This document shows, in pieces, positions 25,823 through 37,999 of a stretch of 64,000 nt of DNA. The notes beneath the pieces are model-generated. The model did not search any database. It saw nothing but the letters and a program-made list of their open reading frames with translations, and was not told where the DNA came from. The translations under genes and the position numbers were made by a program. This DNA comes from Mobula hypostoma (taxonomy: Eukaryota): positions 34,660,001 through 34,724,000 of the forward strand of contig NC_086108.1 of assembly GCF_963921235.1 (NCBI RefSeq), written 5' to 3'. The number at the start of each line of letters is the position of its first letter. Within the stretch, counting starts at the first letter, position 1.

Positions 25823-27870
25823 GGTAGCAAATACAAAGTACAAGGTAAATTTATTATCAAAGGACATATATTTTATTTATTACCCTGAGGTTAATTTTCT
25901 TGAGGGCGTTCCCCGTAAATACAAAGATAAAAAATAGAATCAATGAAAATGTACACACAAAGATGGAGAAGTAACCAATGTACAAAAGACAACAAATTGT
26001 GTCAATACAAAAAGAAAAAAAACAAAATAATAATAAGTACATAAATAAGTAATAAATATTGCAAAAACAAGTTTTTGAATCCTTGAAAGTGAGTCCATAG
26101 GTTGCGGAATTAATTCAGTGTTGGGGTGAGTGAAGTTAAGCCCTCTGGTTCAGGAGCCTGATGGTTAAGGAGTGATAACTGTTGCTGAACCTAGTGATGT
26201 GGGACCTAAGGCTCCTGTACCTGCTTCTTGATGACAGCAGTGAGAACAGAGCATTGTGTGGATGCTGGTGTCCTTGATCGATGTTCTTTCTTGAGGTAGC
26301 GCTCTTTATAGATGTGCTCAAAGGTGGCGAGGGCTTTTTCTGTGTTGAACTGGGCTGTGTCCATCGCATTTTGTAGGCTATTTTATCCAAGAGCATTTCT
26401 GTTTTCAGCAGGCTGTGATGCAATTGGTCAGGATACTCTCCATCAGGAATCTATAGAAGTTTGTCAAAGTTTCAGATGACATGCCGAATCTTCTCAAACA
26501 TTTAAGAAGGTAGAGCTGCTGCCATTCCCTCTTCGTAATGGCACTTACATACTGGACCAGGACAAATCCTCTGAAACGCTGACCCTCTCGACCTCTGATC
26601 CCCAAATGAGGACTGGCTCATGAATCTCCAGTCTCCTCCTCCTGAACTCAATAATCAGCTCTTTGGTTCAGCTGACATTGAGTGAGAGGTTGTTGTTGTG
26701 GCACCATTCAACCAGATTTTCATTCTCTCTCCTTTGTGCCGATTTGTCACCACCTTTCGTTCAGCCAACAACAAACTTAAATATGGCATTGGAGCTATAA
26801 TTACCCTCACAGTCATAATGATAAGGTGAGTAGAGCAGAGGGCTTAGCTCACAGCCTAGTGGTGTAACTGTGCTGATGGAGATTGTTGAGGAGATGTTGT
26901 TGCCAATCTGAACTGATGATGGTCTGCAAGTGAGGAAATCAAGCATCCGGTTGCACAAGGAGTTATTGAAGCCAAGATCTTGGATCTTATTGATTAGTTT
27001 TGAAGGGATTATAGCATCGATGCAGAGCTGTGGTTAAATAAAAACTTCCTGGTGTATACATCTTTACTGTCCATGTGTTCTGGGGTTGAATGAAGAGCCA
27101 ATGAAATGGCATCTGCTGTTGACTTGATGTGACAGTAGGCAAACTGGAGTGAATTCAAGACCCTCCACAGGTAAGAGTTGATATGTTTCATCACTAACCT
27201 CAAAGCCCTTCATAGTGGATGTAAGTGATACTGGATGATAGTTATTGAGGCAGATTACCACGTTCTTCTTGGGCACCATTATGATTGAAGCTTGATTGAA
27301 GCAGGTGGGTACCTCAGACTGTTAAAGTGAGAGGTTAAAGATCTCAGTAAATTAGCCATTTGATTAGCACAGGTCCTTGGTACTGGCCAGGTGCTCCGTC
27401 AGGGCCAGTTGATTTCTGTGGGTTCAGCATCCTGAAGGATGCTCTGAGGTTAGCCTCAGAGACTTGCAATCAGTGTCGTACGTGCCTGTGAGAGTTCGTG
27501 AAGGTGCCTCCATGTTCTGTCTATCAAAGCGAGTATAAAAGGCATTGAACTCATCTGGGAGCAAAACCTTATTGTCACATATGTCGCTTGGTTTTACTTT
27601 GTAGGAGTTGATAGCTTTCAAGCCATGCCACAGTTGTCGAGCATCCTTCTCTGATTCAAGGTTTGGCCCAGAATTGGCACTTTGAATGTGAGATGGATTT
27701 CTGGAGGTCGTACCTGCACCTCTTGTACTTTCCTCAGTCACCATATGAGAATGCCACTGATGTAGCCCTCAATAGATAATGGGTCTCCTGGTTCATCCAG
27801 GGCTTCTGACTGGGAATACCTTGAATGATTTTATGTGGACACAGTCATCCACAAGTGTCTTGTTCTGTGT
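25823..27870 (-). mobile_element. ~2-kb degenerate Rex1/Babar-like LINE nested in a CR1
   Basis: Collinear ORF pieces: PDEFNAFYTRFD, CLNNYHPVSLTS, STADAISLALH, PLGCELSPLLYS, ESILTNCITA, ALFSLLSSRSRYRSLR. Confidence 0.88.
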
Positions 27871-29774
27871 TTTGTGCTGGCTTTGGAGAGATTCCACAGG
27901 CAGTTTTTCAAGAATGATTGCGGGAATGAAAGTGTAAATGAATATTATCCCGGGAATGAAAGTGTTAACAAAAATTACCATGTAAACGAAAGGGTTAATG
28001 TTTGATGGCTCTGGCCCTGTACTCACTTGTCTTAAGAAGAATGAAGGGGGATTTTATCGATCCTACCTAATATTGAAAGGTCTAGATGGAGCGGACACGG
28101 AGGGGATGTTTCTAATAGTGGGATAGTCTTGGACCAGAGTGCACAGCCTCAGACTAGAAGGGGTCCCTTTAGAACAGAGATGAGGAGGAATTTCTTTCAC
28201 CAGAGCAAGGTGAATCTGTGGAATTCATTGCTACACTTGGCTGTGGAGCCAAGACTTTGGTTATATTTGAAGTGGAGGTTGATCGGGTTTTGATTAGTAA
28301 GGATGTCAGTGGTTATGGGAGAAATCAGGAAAATGGAGTTGTGAGGAAAAATAAATCAGCCATGATCAAATGGCAAAGCAGACTTGATGGGCTGAATGGC
28401 CTAATTCTGCTCCTATGTCTTATGCTCTTTTATGTACAGTTCTGGTCTCCTTATTTAAGGCTATCTGTTAACGTGTTGGAAGCAATTTGGACATGATCTG
28501 TAAGGCTAGTCCTTGAAATCACTGGTGTCTTATGAAATAAAGTTGGATAAATAGAGTTATAAGAGACTACAGATGCTAAGTGCTGGAGCAAAAAAAAACT
28601 GCCAGTGTAATTCACCAGGTTAAGCAGCATCTGTGGAATTTTTTGTTGGAGAACTTTCATCTGGACGGAAAGATAAAGGGGAAAATTAAAGTGACAGAAA
28701 ACAGGAAGTTCAGGGTCACTCTTGTGAGTCACGCTCTGTATCACATCCAATTCTTTAATTTTCTCTACTTTAACCCTTCTCTGCAACGGAAGTTTTCTCA
28801 CTTTTCCAGTTCATCTTAATGGTCATTGACCTGAAGCATTAGTTTCTGATTGCCTCCAGGTATCTTTTCCAGCATCTGAACTTTCTTTTCTTTTTAATTA
28901 CTGACAGCAAAACGCTCGAGGACTCTAAACTGAATGCACTTGGAATTTTCCATTCTACATTCGCACCTTGTCCATTAGTAAATCAAAAATGGTACCAACT
29001 TTGAGGGCTATTTTTAACCATTTTTGGAGCAAACATTTATTTCACGGTTCCCTCATTCACTCTGCTTTAGCAGTGCCTCCTGTTTTAAGGGTTTGTACTC
29101 TCCGTTAAATTTTAGTAACCATGTTTACTTCTCAAGCTTAAGAAAAATTAAGACTGTGGTGTAGGATACCGCAGAATTAACAACATGTCTCTTTGACTGG
29201 CATAAACAGGAATAAGTAATTCCTGGAGAGTATTATTAGTTCTGATTTAACATGATCTTAGAATTACTTGAGCAGCTAAGTGAAAGATACTGGGACACAC
29301 ATTACATCACCCAATTGCAAAACTACGTTGGCAGCGTTGGACTGGTGCTCTTTATTGGTTTAGCAGATAACAAGTTAAACCAAGGCTTAATTTCTATTTT
29401 AGCATTTCCTGATCAAATTCTTTTGAGTGATTTTTTTTGGGGAGATTTTGGATCCTGTTGTTTTAATAATGACAACAATTTGGAGTGCAGTTGATTGATT
29501 TCATAAATGGCAAAGAAAAGTAAGTTGAAAATCATCATTCTCTTCACCATATGAAGGGAAATTATATAGTCGTTTTTAACAAATTGATTTCATTATGTGG
29601 GAGCATTGTGGCTCGTAATTTGTGGCGGTTTTGGCATATTTTATTGCAAGCACTTTTTGCACTCCTTTCCTGTAGTGCGTTAGCAGGTTGCAATAGGAAG
29701 GACAAGTTTTTGTTGTAGTGATTTGTTGGTGTTTTGCTATTTTGGGTTATTAATTGTGTTGTTACATACTTTAG

Positions 29775-29846
29775 ATGATCAAGAGTCTAGAAGCAAAAGA
29801 CGAGGACAGGAGAGTGACCCCGACTTCGTTCTGGATGACTCTCCTT
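29775..29846 (+). CDS. Candidate alternative 72-nt NOS1AP exon (MIKSLEAKDEDRRVTPTSFWMTLL in phase 0)
   Basis: TTTAG acceptor after ~54 nt with no AG, CTT|GTAAGT donor, length divisible by 3, no stop in the NOS1AP frame, TGCATG at 29915-29920, non-repeat context. No homology support that I can recall. Confidence 0.4.
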
Positions 29847-32039
29847 GTAAGTTGTTTTGGAATATTAAATCTCTGTGTCATTCCATTAGTCGCAAATATA
29901 TTTATTTTAAGTTATGCATGTTCCAAGTTGCAACTTTTCCAAAAGAAGCTACACATAACAGTGAGCTAACAATGACAAATGGGTTAAGACATGACCTTCT
30001 GACTGTTTAATATTGTTAAAACAAAATTGTTGGTCTATTTAATGGATTTTTATAGATGTCCCATTGAAATCATAATGCGTACCTGTGATGTTTTATAGAC
30101 ATTTATGTAAAGTCATGTGGTTTCAGTTCCAATATGACAAACTTAAACCTATCAGTTCTTAGCTTACAGACTGAGATCTCAGCAGTAGGCTTCTTGAAGA
30201 ATATATCACAAAGCAGTCAGCACTCCTTCAGCCACAGGAGTGTGCGGCTACTTATGGTTGAGCGCTGCATTGATGGATGGGTGTGGGAGAGAATGCTCGC
30301 AGGACGTCAGTGAGACCTGGATAGGCTGGTGCAGAGCAGTGCCCACTGAAGGCATTCTCCTTTTGCAGGATTAGCTATGAAGACCCTTCAGAGCTAATAA
30401 TATTTCCACATTTTATTATGGTGTAGATTGAGACCATTCAATCCATCAAGTCTATGCCAGCTCACTATTATCCCATTTTCCTATTTATTTCCCTGTAAAC
30501 TATTCTTCCCACATTTCCATCAACTGTATCCAGATCTTGTCACACACCTACACCAGAGGTAGGTCACGGTGGCCATTTAATCTACCAGGTCTTTGGAATT
30601 TGGGGATACAAGGGGAGGATTGGGAAGAAACCAATATGATCACAGGGAGAATATGGCGAACTCCGCACAAGCTACCAGAGCTGTGGCCCAGCAGCTGAAT
30701 CATCTGCAACATGGACTGGCCTGAGTGTAGTCTATGAATTCCTGCACGTGTTTTAGCTTTCCCTGCAGTCAGTCTGCCTGCTCCCATTGGCTGAAAGAAA
30801 TACAGACGAAGTCCTTGTCCTTGAGTGTGGAGTTTGGGTGACCTCTCTAACGCAGGAATGAGCAGCGAACGGTGAGGTCGTCAGCTGCAACAGGCCGTAA
30901 TGATTTTGAAACTTGGAGGCCAGAAGTCCCTGTGACCTTTACCTTTGCAAACAAAGTAGTCTAGGTTTCTGTGTGAGGTGATAATAAATCATCCCATTTG
31001 AGTGTTGGCCATTTAAATAACACCGTTTCAGGATAAATGTGGTTCATAAATCTTGTTCAGTGAGCAACTAGTCATTATTTTGTTTCAGACTGGTGAGGTT
31101 GAAGGGCAAGCTGGATCTGCATTTGGATTGGGTGTGGTGGGATGGAACCATACATCAAAACAAAGGTGCAAAGATCCCGTTGGAAAGCTGGGAGTTCACA
31201 TTCTTGATAGAAGCAGAGACAGAAATAGATGAATCTTTACTTCACTCCATATTGAGTTGTTTTGCAACAGGGCAATGCCTCTTTACTTTCTTGTGAGTTG
31301 ATCGTTAGAGGCCTTTCTAATTCAAGCATATTGCTTTATGGATAAACGTTACCCAGTTTTCTAAAGCAGAATACTTCGTACTTTTTTTAAATGACATGAT
31401 TTTAGGAAAGAATAGACATTCTCAGTTTAAGAATCACACAGCTTTTATCTTTGTCAGTTGCTTCAGGCATTGTGACTTAAAGCTGAAGGCTGACCTTTGT
31501 GATGGTTCTGGTCTGACAGGAGAGACATAGTGTGGTGGGGCACTGGAAATGTGGAGCTTATTATTGTAGCTCCAATTTTAATGCGGAGTAAAGTGGTCTA
31601 AAACTGAACATGACTGACCACTAAACAACTTTGAATTAAAGAGCCTTGGGGGCAGCAAGCTCATGGAATTCCAGTGTCGCAATCCCAAGGACTGTTGACA
31701 ACTTACACATGACTGATACTAAAGTGTGTTTAGGCAGTTGATATTCTTTCCTGGGGCTCCCTGAGACACCTTTCTGTTGTTATGATATTGGTGCTAAACA
31801 AAACAATAGGATAAAGGTAGAATTTTGCTGCAAAGCATTTGGAACAGGAGATCTGTTGGAAAGAAACCTAGACCGACTCTTACAGCAGAAATCGTCTCTC
31901 AAATCTGTATCAATATCCTGTAAGACTGACTGAAAACAAGCAGAGCAGAGTCAGGGGAAGGTCTCATGTATGTTAAGAACTTGAGGACATTCAAAGCAAT
32001 GGTTATTGAAGCGGTGAGACTTGTTGCTCATGTACAGAT

Positions 32040-32410
32040 GTACCACTCAATTCCCCCTCATCTCCATTCTAAAAGGACAACCCTCTACTCTGAGATTGCA
32101 TCCTAAGGTCTCCCAACGTAGGAAACAGCCTCTCCATATCCACTCTTTCGTGGCTTTTCTAACATTTCGATGAGGTTACCCTCATTCGTCTGAATTCCAC
32201 TAAGTAGAGGCCCAGAGCCATCAAACACACCTCATACGATAAGCCTTTCCATCCCAGAATCATTTTTGTCAACCTCCTTTGAAGCCTCTCCAATGTCAGC
32301 ACATCCCTGCTTGATCACAGGCCCAAAACTGCTCAGAATACTCCAAGTGAGGCCTTTATAAAGTCTCAACATCACATCTTTTTTTTATATATATATATTC
32401 TAGTCCTTTC
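32040..32410 (-). mobile_element. CR1 3'-region fragment
   Basis: ggcccaaaactgctcagaatactccaagtgaggcct (RPHLEY..QFW on the - strand). Confidence 0.75.
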
Positions 32411-33003
32411 GAAGCTTGGTACTGTAACTGATGAACAGCAGGTTAAAGTCGAAGTAATATGCTCACTTTCCATCAGCTGCTCTCCAGATTCTGCTACTCA
32501 CCAATACACTTGGGGGCAATTTACAGCGGATAATTCACCTACCAACCTACATCTCTTGGGGGTGTTGGAGAAAATCCAGACCATCACAGAGAGAATGTGC
32601 AATCCCCGCAGGGGTCACTCCCAAGGTCAGGACTGAACCTGGGTCACTGTAGCTATCAGGCAGCAATGCTGCTACCTGCATCGCTGCGCTAGACTGGAAG
32701 CCAGTGGGAATCCGAGAAGATGCCGGTGAGCATAATGGTGGAAGTCAGCTACAGGCTTGGCAGTGCTTTAGAACTGAAGGTGGAAGCCGTGAGGCAGACC
32801 AGAGGAGTAGCAAACCCACCAATGAATCCCTATCAAAGAAATGATTGGCAAGATCCCTCAGCAAATGTTGTGCATCGATTTACTGTACCACTCCTCCAAC
32901 GGTACATAGAAACATAGAAACATAGAAAATAGGTGCAGGAGTAGGCCATTCGGCCCTTCGAGCCTGCACCGCCATTTATTATGATCATGGCTGATCATCC
33001 AAC

Positions 33004-36000
33004 TCAGAACCCCGCCCCAGCCTTCCCTCCATACCCCCTGATCCCCGTAGCCACAAGGGCCATATCTAACTCCCTCTTAAATATAGCCAATGAACTGGCC
33101 TCAACTGTTTCCTGTGGCAGAGAATTCCACAGATTCACCACTCTCTGTGTGAAGAAGTTTTTCCTAATCTCGGTCCTAAAAGGCTTTCCCTTTATCCTCA
33201 AACTGTGACCCCTTGTTCTGGACTTACCCAACATCGGGAACAATCTTCCTGCATCTAGCCTGTCCAATCCCTTTAGGATTTTATACGTTTCAATCAGATC
33301 CCCCCTCAATCTTCTAAATTCCAACGAGTACAAGCCCAGTTCATCCAGTCTTTCTTCATATGAAAGTCCTGCCATCCCAGGAATCAATCTGGTGAACCTT
33401 CTTTGTACTCCCTCTATGGCAAGGATGTCTTTCCTCAGATTAGGGGACCAAAACTGCACACAATACTCCAGGTGTGGTCTCACCAAGGCCTTGTACAACT
33501 GCAGTAGTACCTCCCTGCTCCTGTACTCGAATCCTCTCGCTATAAATGCCAGCATACCATTCGCCTTTTTCACCGCCTGCTGTACCTGCATGCCTACTTT
33601 CAATGACTGGTGCATAATGACACCCAGGTCTCGTTGCACCTCCCCTTTTCCTAATCGGCCACCATTCAGATAATAATCTGTTTTCCTATTTTTGCCACCA
33701 AAGTGGATAACTTCACATTTATCCACATTAAATTGCATCTGCCATGAATTTGCCCACTCACCCAACCTATCCAAGTCACTCTGCATCCTCTTAGCATCCT
33801 CCTCACTGCTAACACTGCCACCCAGCTTCGTGTCATCCGCAAACTTGGAGATGCTGCATTTAATTCCCTCATCCAAGTCATTAATATATATTGTAAACAA
33901 CTGGGGTCCCAGCACTGAGCCTTGCGGTACCCCACTAGTCACTGCCTGCCATTCTGAAAAGGTCCCGTTTATTCCCACTCTTTGCTTCCTGTCTGCTAAC
34001 CAATTCTCCATCCACAGCAATACCTTACCCCCAATATCGTGTGCTTTAAGTTTGCACACTAATCTCCTGTGTGGGACCTTGTCAAAAGCCTTTTGAAAAT
34101 CCAAATATACCACATCCACTGGTTCTCCCCTATCCACTCTACTAGTTACATCCTCAAAAAATTCTATGAGATTCGTCAGACATGATTTTCCTTTCACAAA
34201 TCCATGCTGACTTTGTCCGATGATTTCACCGCTTTCCAAATGTGCTGTTATCACATCCTTGATAACTGACTCCAGCAGTTTCCCCACCACCGACGTTAGG
34301 CTAACCGGTCTATAATTCCCCAGTTTCTCTCTCCCTCCTTTTTTAAAAAGTGGGGTTACATTAGCCACCCTCCAATCCTCAGGAACTAGTCCAGAATCTA
34401 ACGAGTTTTGAAAAATTATCACTAATGCATCCACTATTTCTTGGGCTACTTCCTTAAGCACTCTAGGATGCAGACCATCTGACCCTGGGGATTTATCTGC
34501 CTTCGATCCCTTCAATTTACCTAACACCACTTCCCTACTAACATGTATTTCGCTCAGTTCCTCCATCTCACTGGACCCTCTGTCCCCTACTATTTCTGGA
34601 AGATTATTTATGTCCTCCTTAGTGAAGACAGAACCAAAGTAATTATTCAATTGGTCTGCCATGTCCTTGCTCCCCATAATCAATTCACCTGTTTCTGTCT
34701 GTAGGGGACCTACATTTGTCTTTACCAGTCTTTTCCTTTTTACATATCTATAAAAGCTTTTACAGTCCGTTTTTATGTTCCCTGCCAGTTTTCTCTCATA
34801 ATCTTTTTTCCCCTTCCTAATTAAGCCCTTTGTCCTCCTCTGCTGAACTCTGAATTTCTCCCAGTCCTCAGGTGAGCCACTTTCTCTGGCTAATTTGTAT
34901 GCTTCTTCTTTGGAATTGATACTATCCCTAATTTCTCTTGTCAGCCACGGGTGCACTACCTTCCTTGATTTATTCTTTTGCCAAACTGGGATGAACAATT
35001 GTTGTAGTTCATCCATGCAACCTTTAAATGCTTGCCATTGCATATCCACCGTCAATCCTTTAAGTGTCATTTGCCAGTCTGTCTTAGCTAATTCACGTCT
35101 CATACCTTCAAAGTTACCCCTCTTTAAGTTCAGAACCTTTGTTTCTGAATTAACTATGTCACTCTCCATCTTAATGAAGAATTCCACCATATTATGGTCA
35201 CTCTTACCCAAGGGGCCTCTCACGACAAGATTGCTAATTAACCCTTCCTCATTGCTCAAAACCCAGTCCAGAATAGCCTGCTCTCTAGTTGGTTCCCGAC
35301 ATGTTGGTTCAAAAAACCATCCCGCACACATTCCAAGAAATCCTCTTCCTCAGCACCTTTACCAATTTGGTTCACCCAATCTACATGTAGATTGAAGTCA
35401 CCCATTATAACTGCTGTTCCTTTATTGCACACATTTCTAATTTCCTGTTTAATACCATCTCCGACCTCACTACTACTGCTAGGTGGCCTGTACACAACTC
35501 CCACCAGCGTCTTCTGCCCCTTAGTGTTACGCAGCTCTACCCATATCGATTCCACATCTTCCCAGCTTATGTCCTTCCTTTCTATTGCGTTAATCTCTTC
35601 TTTAACCAGCAACGCCACCCCACCTCCCCTTCCTTCATGTCTATCCCTCCTGAATATTGAATATCCCTGAACGTTGAGCTCCCATCCTTGGTCACCCTGG
35701 AGCCATGTCTCTGTGATCCCAACTATATCATAATCATTAATAACAATCTGCACTTTCAATTCATCCACCTTATTACGAATGCTCCTTGCATTGACACACA
35801 AAGCCTTCAGGCGCTCTTTTACAATTCTCTTAGCCCTTATACAATTATGTTGAAATGTGGCCCTTTTTAATGCTTGCCCTGGATTTGTCGGCCTGCCACT
35901 TTTACTTTTCTCCTTAGTACTTTTTGCTTCTACCCTCACTTTACACCCCTCTGTCTCTCTGCACTGGTTCCCATCCCCCTGTTGTGAACTAACCTCCTCA

Positions 36001-36056
36001 CGCCTAGCCTCTTTAATTTGATTCCCACCCCCCAACCATTCTAGTTTAAAGTCACC
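33004..36056 (-). pseudogene. CR1 ORF2 (APE endonuclease + reverse transcriptase), one 1-nt frameshift near 35296
   Basis: ORFs 35256-36035 (NARSI, GITETW, GGGVAL, GDFN) and 33004-35331 (YRPVSLTS, QHGF, LDFQKAFDKV, GVPQGSVLGP, FADD). They join if GTCGGGAACCA is restored to GTC GAG GAA CCA. Confidence 0.93.
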
Positions 36057-36975
36057 TCAGTAGCCCTCGCTAATCTCCCTGCCAGGATATGGTCCCCCTA
36101 GGATTCAAGTGTAACCCGTCCTTTTTGTACAGGTCACGCCTGCGCCAAAAGAGGTCCCAATGATCCAAAAACTTGAATCCTTGCCCCCTGCTCCAATCCC
36201 TCAGCCACGCATTTATCCTCCACCTCATCGCATTCCTACTCTCACTGTCACGTGGCACAGGCAGTAATCCCGAGATTACTACCTTTGCGGTCCTTTTTCT
36301 CAACTCCCTTCCTAGCTCCCTATATTCTCCTTTCAGGACCTCATCCCTTTTCCTACCTATGTCATTGGTACCTATATGTACCACGACCTCTGGCTCCTCA
36401 CCCTCCCACTTCAGGATATCTTGGACACGAGCAGAAATATCCCGGACCCTGGCACCAGGGAGGCAAACTACCATCCGGATCTCTGGACTGCGTCCACAGA
36501 ATCGCCTATCTGACCCCCTTACTATCGAGTCCCCTATCACAACTGCCCTCCTCTTCCTTGCCCTACCCTTCTGAGCTACAGGGCCAGACTCTGTGCCGGA
36601 GGCACAGCCACTGTCGCTTCCCCCGGGTAAGCTGTCCCCCCCAACAGTACTCAAACAGGAGTACCTATTGTTAAGGGGCACAGCCACCGGGGTACTCCCT
36701 ATTACCTGACTCTTCCCCTTCCCACTCCTAACCGTGACCCACTCGTCCGCCTCCCGTGGCCCCGGCGTGACCACCTGCCTGCAACTCTTCTCTACCAACT
36801 CCTCACTCTCCCTGACCAGACGAAGGTCATCGAGCTGCAGCTCCAGTTCCGTAACGCGGTCCCTTAGGAGCTGCATCTCGATGCACTTGGCGCAGATGTA
36901 GACGTCCGGGAGGCTTGGAGACTCCAGGGCCTCCCACATCTGACACCGAGAACAGCAAACTGCCCTCACACTCCT
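36041..36975 (-). pseudogene. CR1 ORF1 (C4 zinc finger, coiled coil, SGNH esterase); start codon apparently ATG>AGG and a 1-nt deletion near the C-terminus
   Basis: Motifs CSRC...CAKC, GDSIVRG, VVVHIGTNDI, DGLHLNPRGT. The paralogue at 60730 has ATG at the position equivalent to AGG 36975-73. The paralogue at ~60395 reads GGG ACC AAT where this copy reads GGG ACC AT-. Confidence 0.88.
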
Positions 36976-37999
36976 ACTGCCCCTCTCCTCAAATAACAAC
37001 AGAAAATGAATGCCAAACCTTCCTCGCCTTGCCCGTTTCCGCCTAAGCCCGTTGAGCCGCAGCCCTTAAGCCTTCACTCTGCTCCCTGCTCACTCCGCCG
37101 CCCGCAAACTACGCTGCCCGCTCTATGAGGTCTATGTTTTCTATGTTTTCCCTTTGAGGTCTAAAGTTGAAATCACTTAAATGGTGACTGAAAACGTAAG
37201 TGTTCACTATTGATGACCAAACCCAAACACAGTTAAACATTGAAAATCCAAATAGCTTTGAAGCAGTGACTCCATACTTGCTATTACTTAAATGCTGCGT
37301 AGCAGTTACCCATCCATAATTTCCAAATGTTGCTTCCAAATTGAAAGTGTGTGGCAAAAATTCATTCAGTTGCCTTTATTTCATGAAGGTTGGCTGCATT
37401 ACCCAGATCAACACAGAGTGGCAATGTGAGACAATTTTTTGGATTGTCTATTACCACTAATTAAAATTTGCCCAAAAAAGGTTTGGGAGTGATGATGCTT
37501 CTCCCATTTTACAAAGGCACAAGTACATTAATGGGTGTTCATGCCCATGGCAGAAGTAGCAGATGTGATGCAAAGGGAATTTGAGGTCCTGATTTCTGTG
37601 AAGAGACAAGATTGTTCCATTATCTACCGTTCCTCCGTCAGTGTCATTTGTTTTGCTCCCTTCACATCTGTCCACCCCAAGTCTGCAACTTTGTACATTT
37701 ACGCTCACCTGTATGGAACGCTGGCATATTAACACAAGGACTATAGGAGATGGTGTAGACTGGAGGATTCCCGAACTCTTCTATGCCATAAATCAGTACT
37801 GTACCATTAAGCAAGAGGTTCTGTGGACCCCAGGTTAATTCCATTGACAACTCCATTATGATGTGGCTTGCTATCTTACCTGTAGCCTAGTTATCTGCCT
37901 CACCAAATTCTTGAACCTCTAAACACCCTACACCCCACCTTTTTTGGGGAGTGTATTACAGATCAGTGTCACCTTCTTTTGTGGGGGAAAGGTTTCTTG

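Larger units (their letters stand above)
24900..28430 (+). mobile_element. CR1 RT-to-3' end fragment split by an RTE-derived insert and a Rex1-like insert
   Basis: ORF 24931 WTEDWHTGRRQRVGIKG; resumes at 25588 and 27873; tail ctaattctgctcctatgtcttatg at ~28400. Confidence 0.82.
32905..37123 (-). mobile_element. Full-length young CR1-clade (HER1-like) LINE: 5'UTR, ORF1, ORF2, (TTTCTATG)n tail
   Basis: Tail reads catagaaa x3 at 32905-32928. ORF1 has zinc finger, coiled coil and SGNH esterase; ORF2 has APE and RT domains; GC-rich 5'UTR at ~36976-37123. No clear TSD. Confidence 0.97.

Noticed and set aside
27905..28000. ~30-bp tandem triplication gggaatgaaagtg
   Set aside because: Local slippage within a decayed CR1; no sign of function.
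29723..30010. Alternative frame DDQESRSKRRGQESDPDFVLDDSP as an exon of a nested gene
   Set aside because: It looks protein-like but needs phase-1 partner exons, and none were identified. The flanking NOS1AP junction is phase 0.
33392..36674. + strand ORFs (33692, 34895, 35392, 36173 etc.) as genes
   Set aside because: They are antisense shadows of the CR1 coding strand and are repeated in the sister copy simply because of sequence identity.
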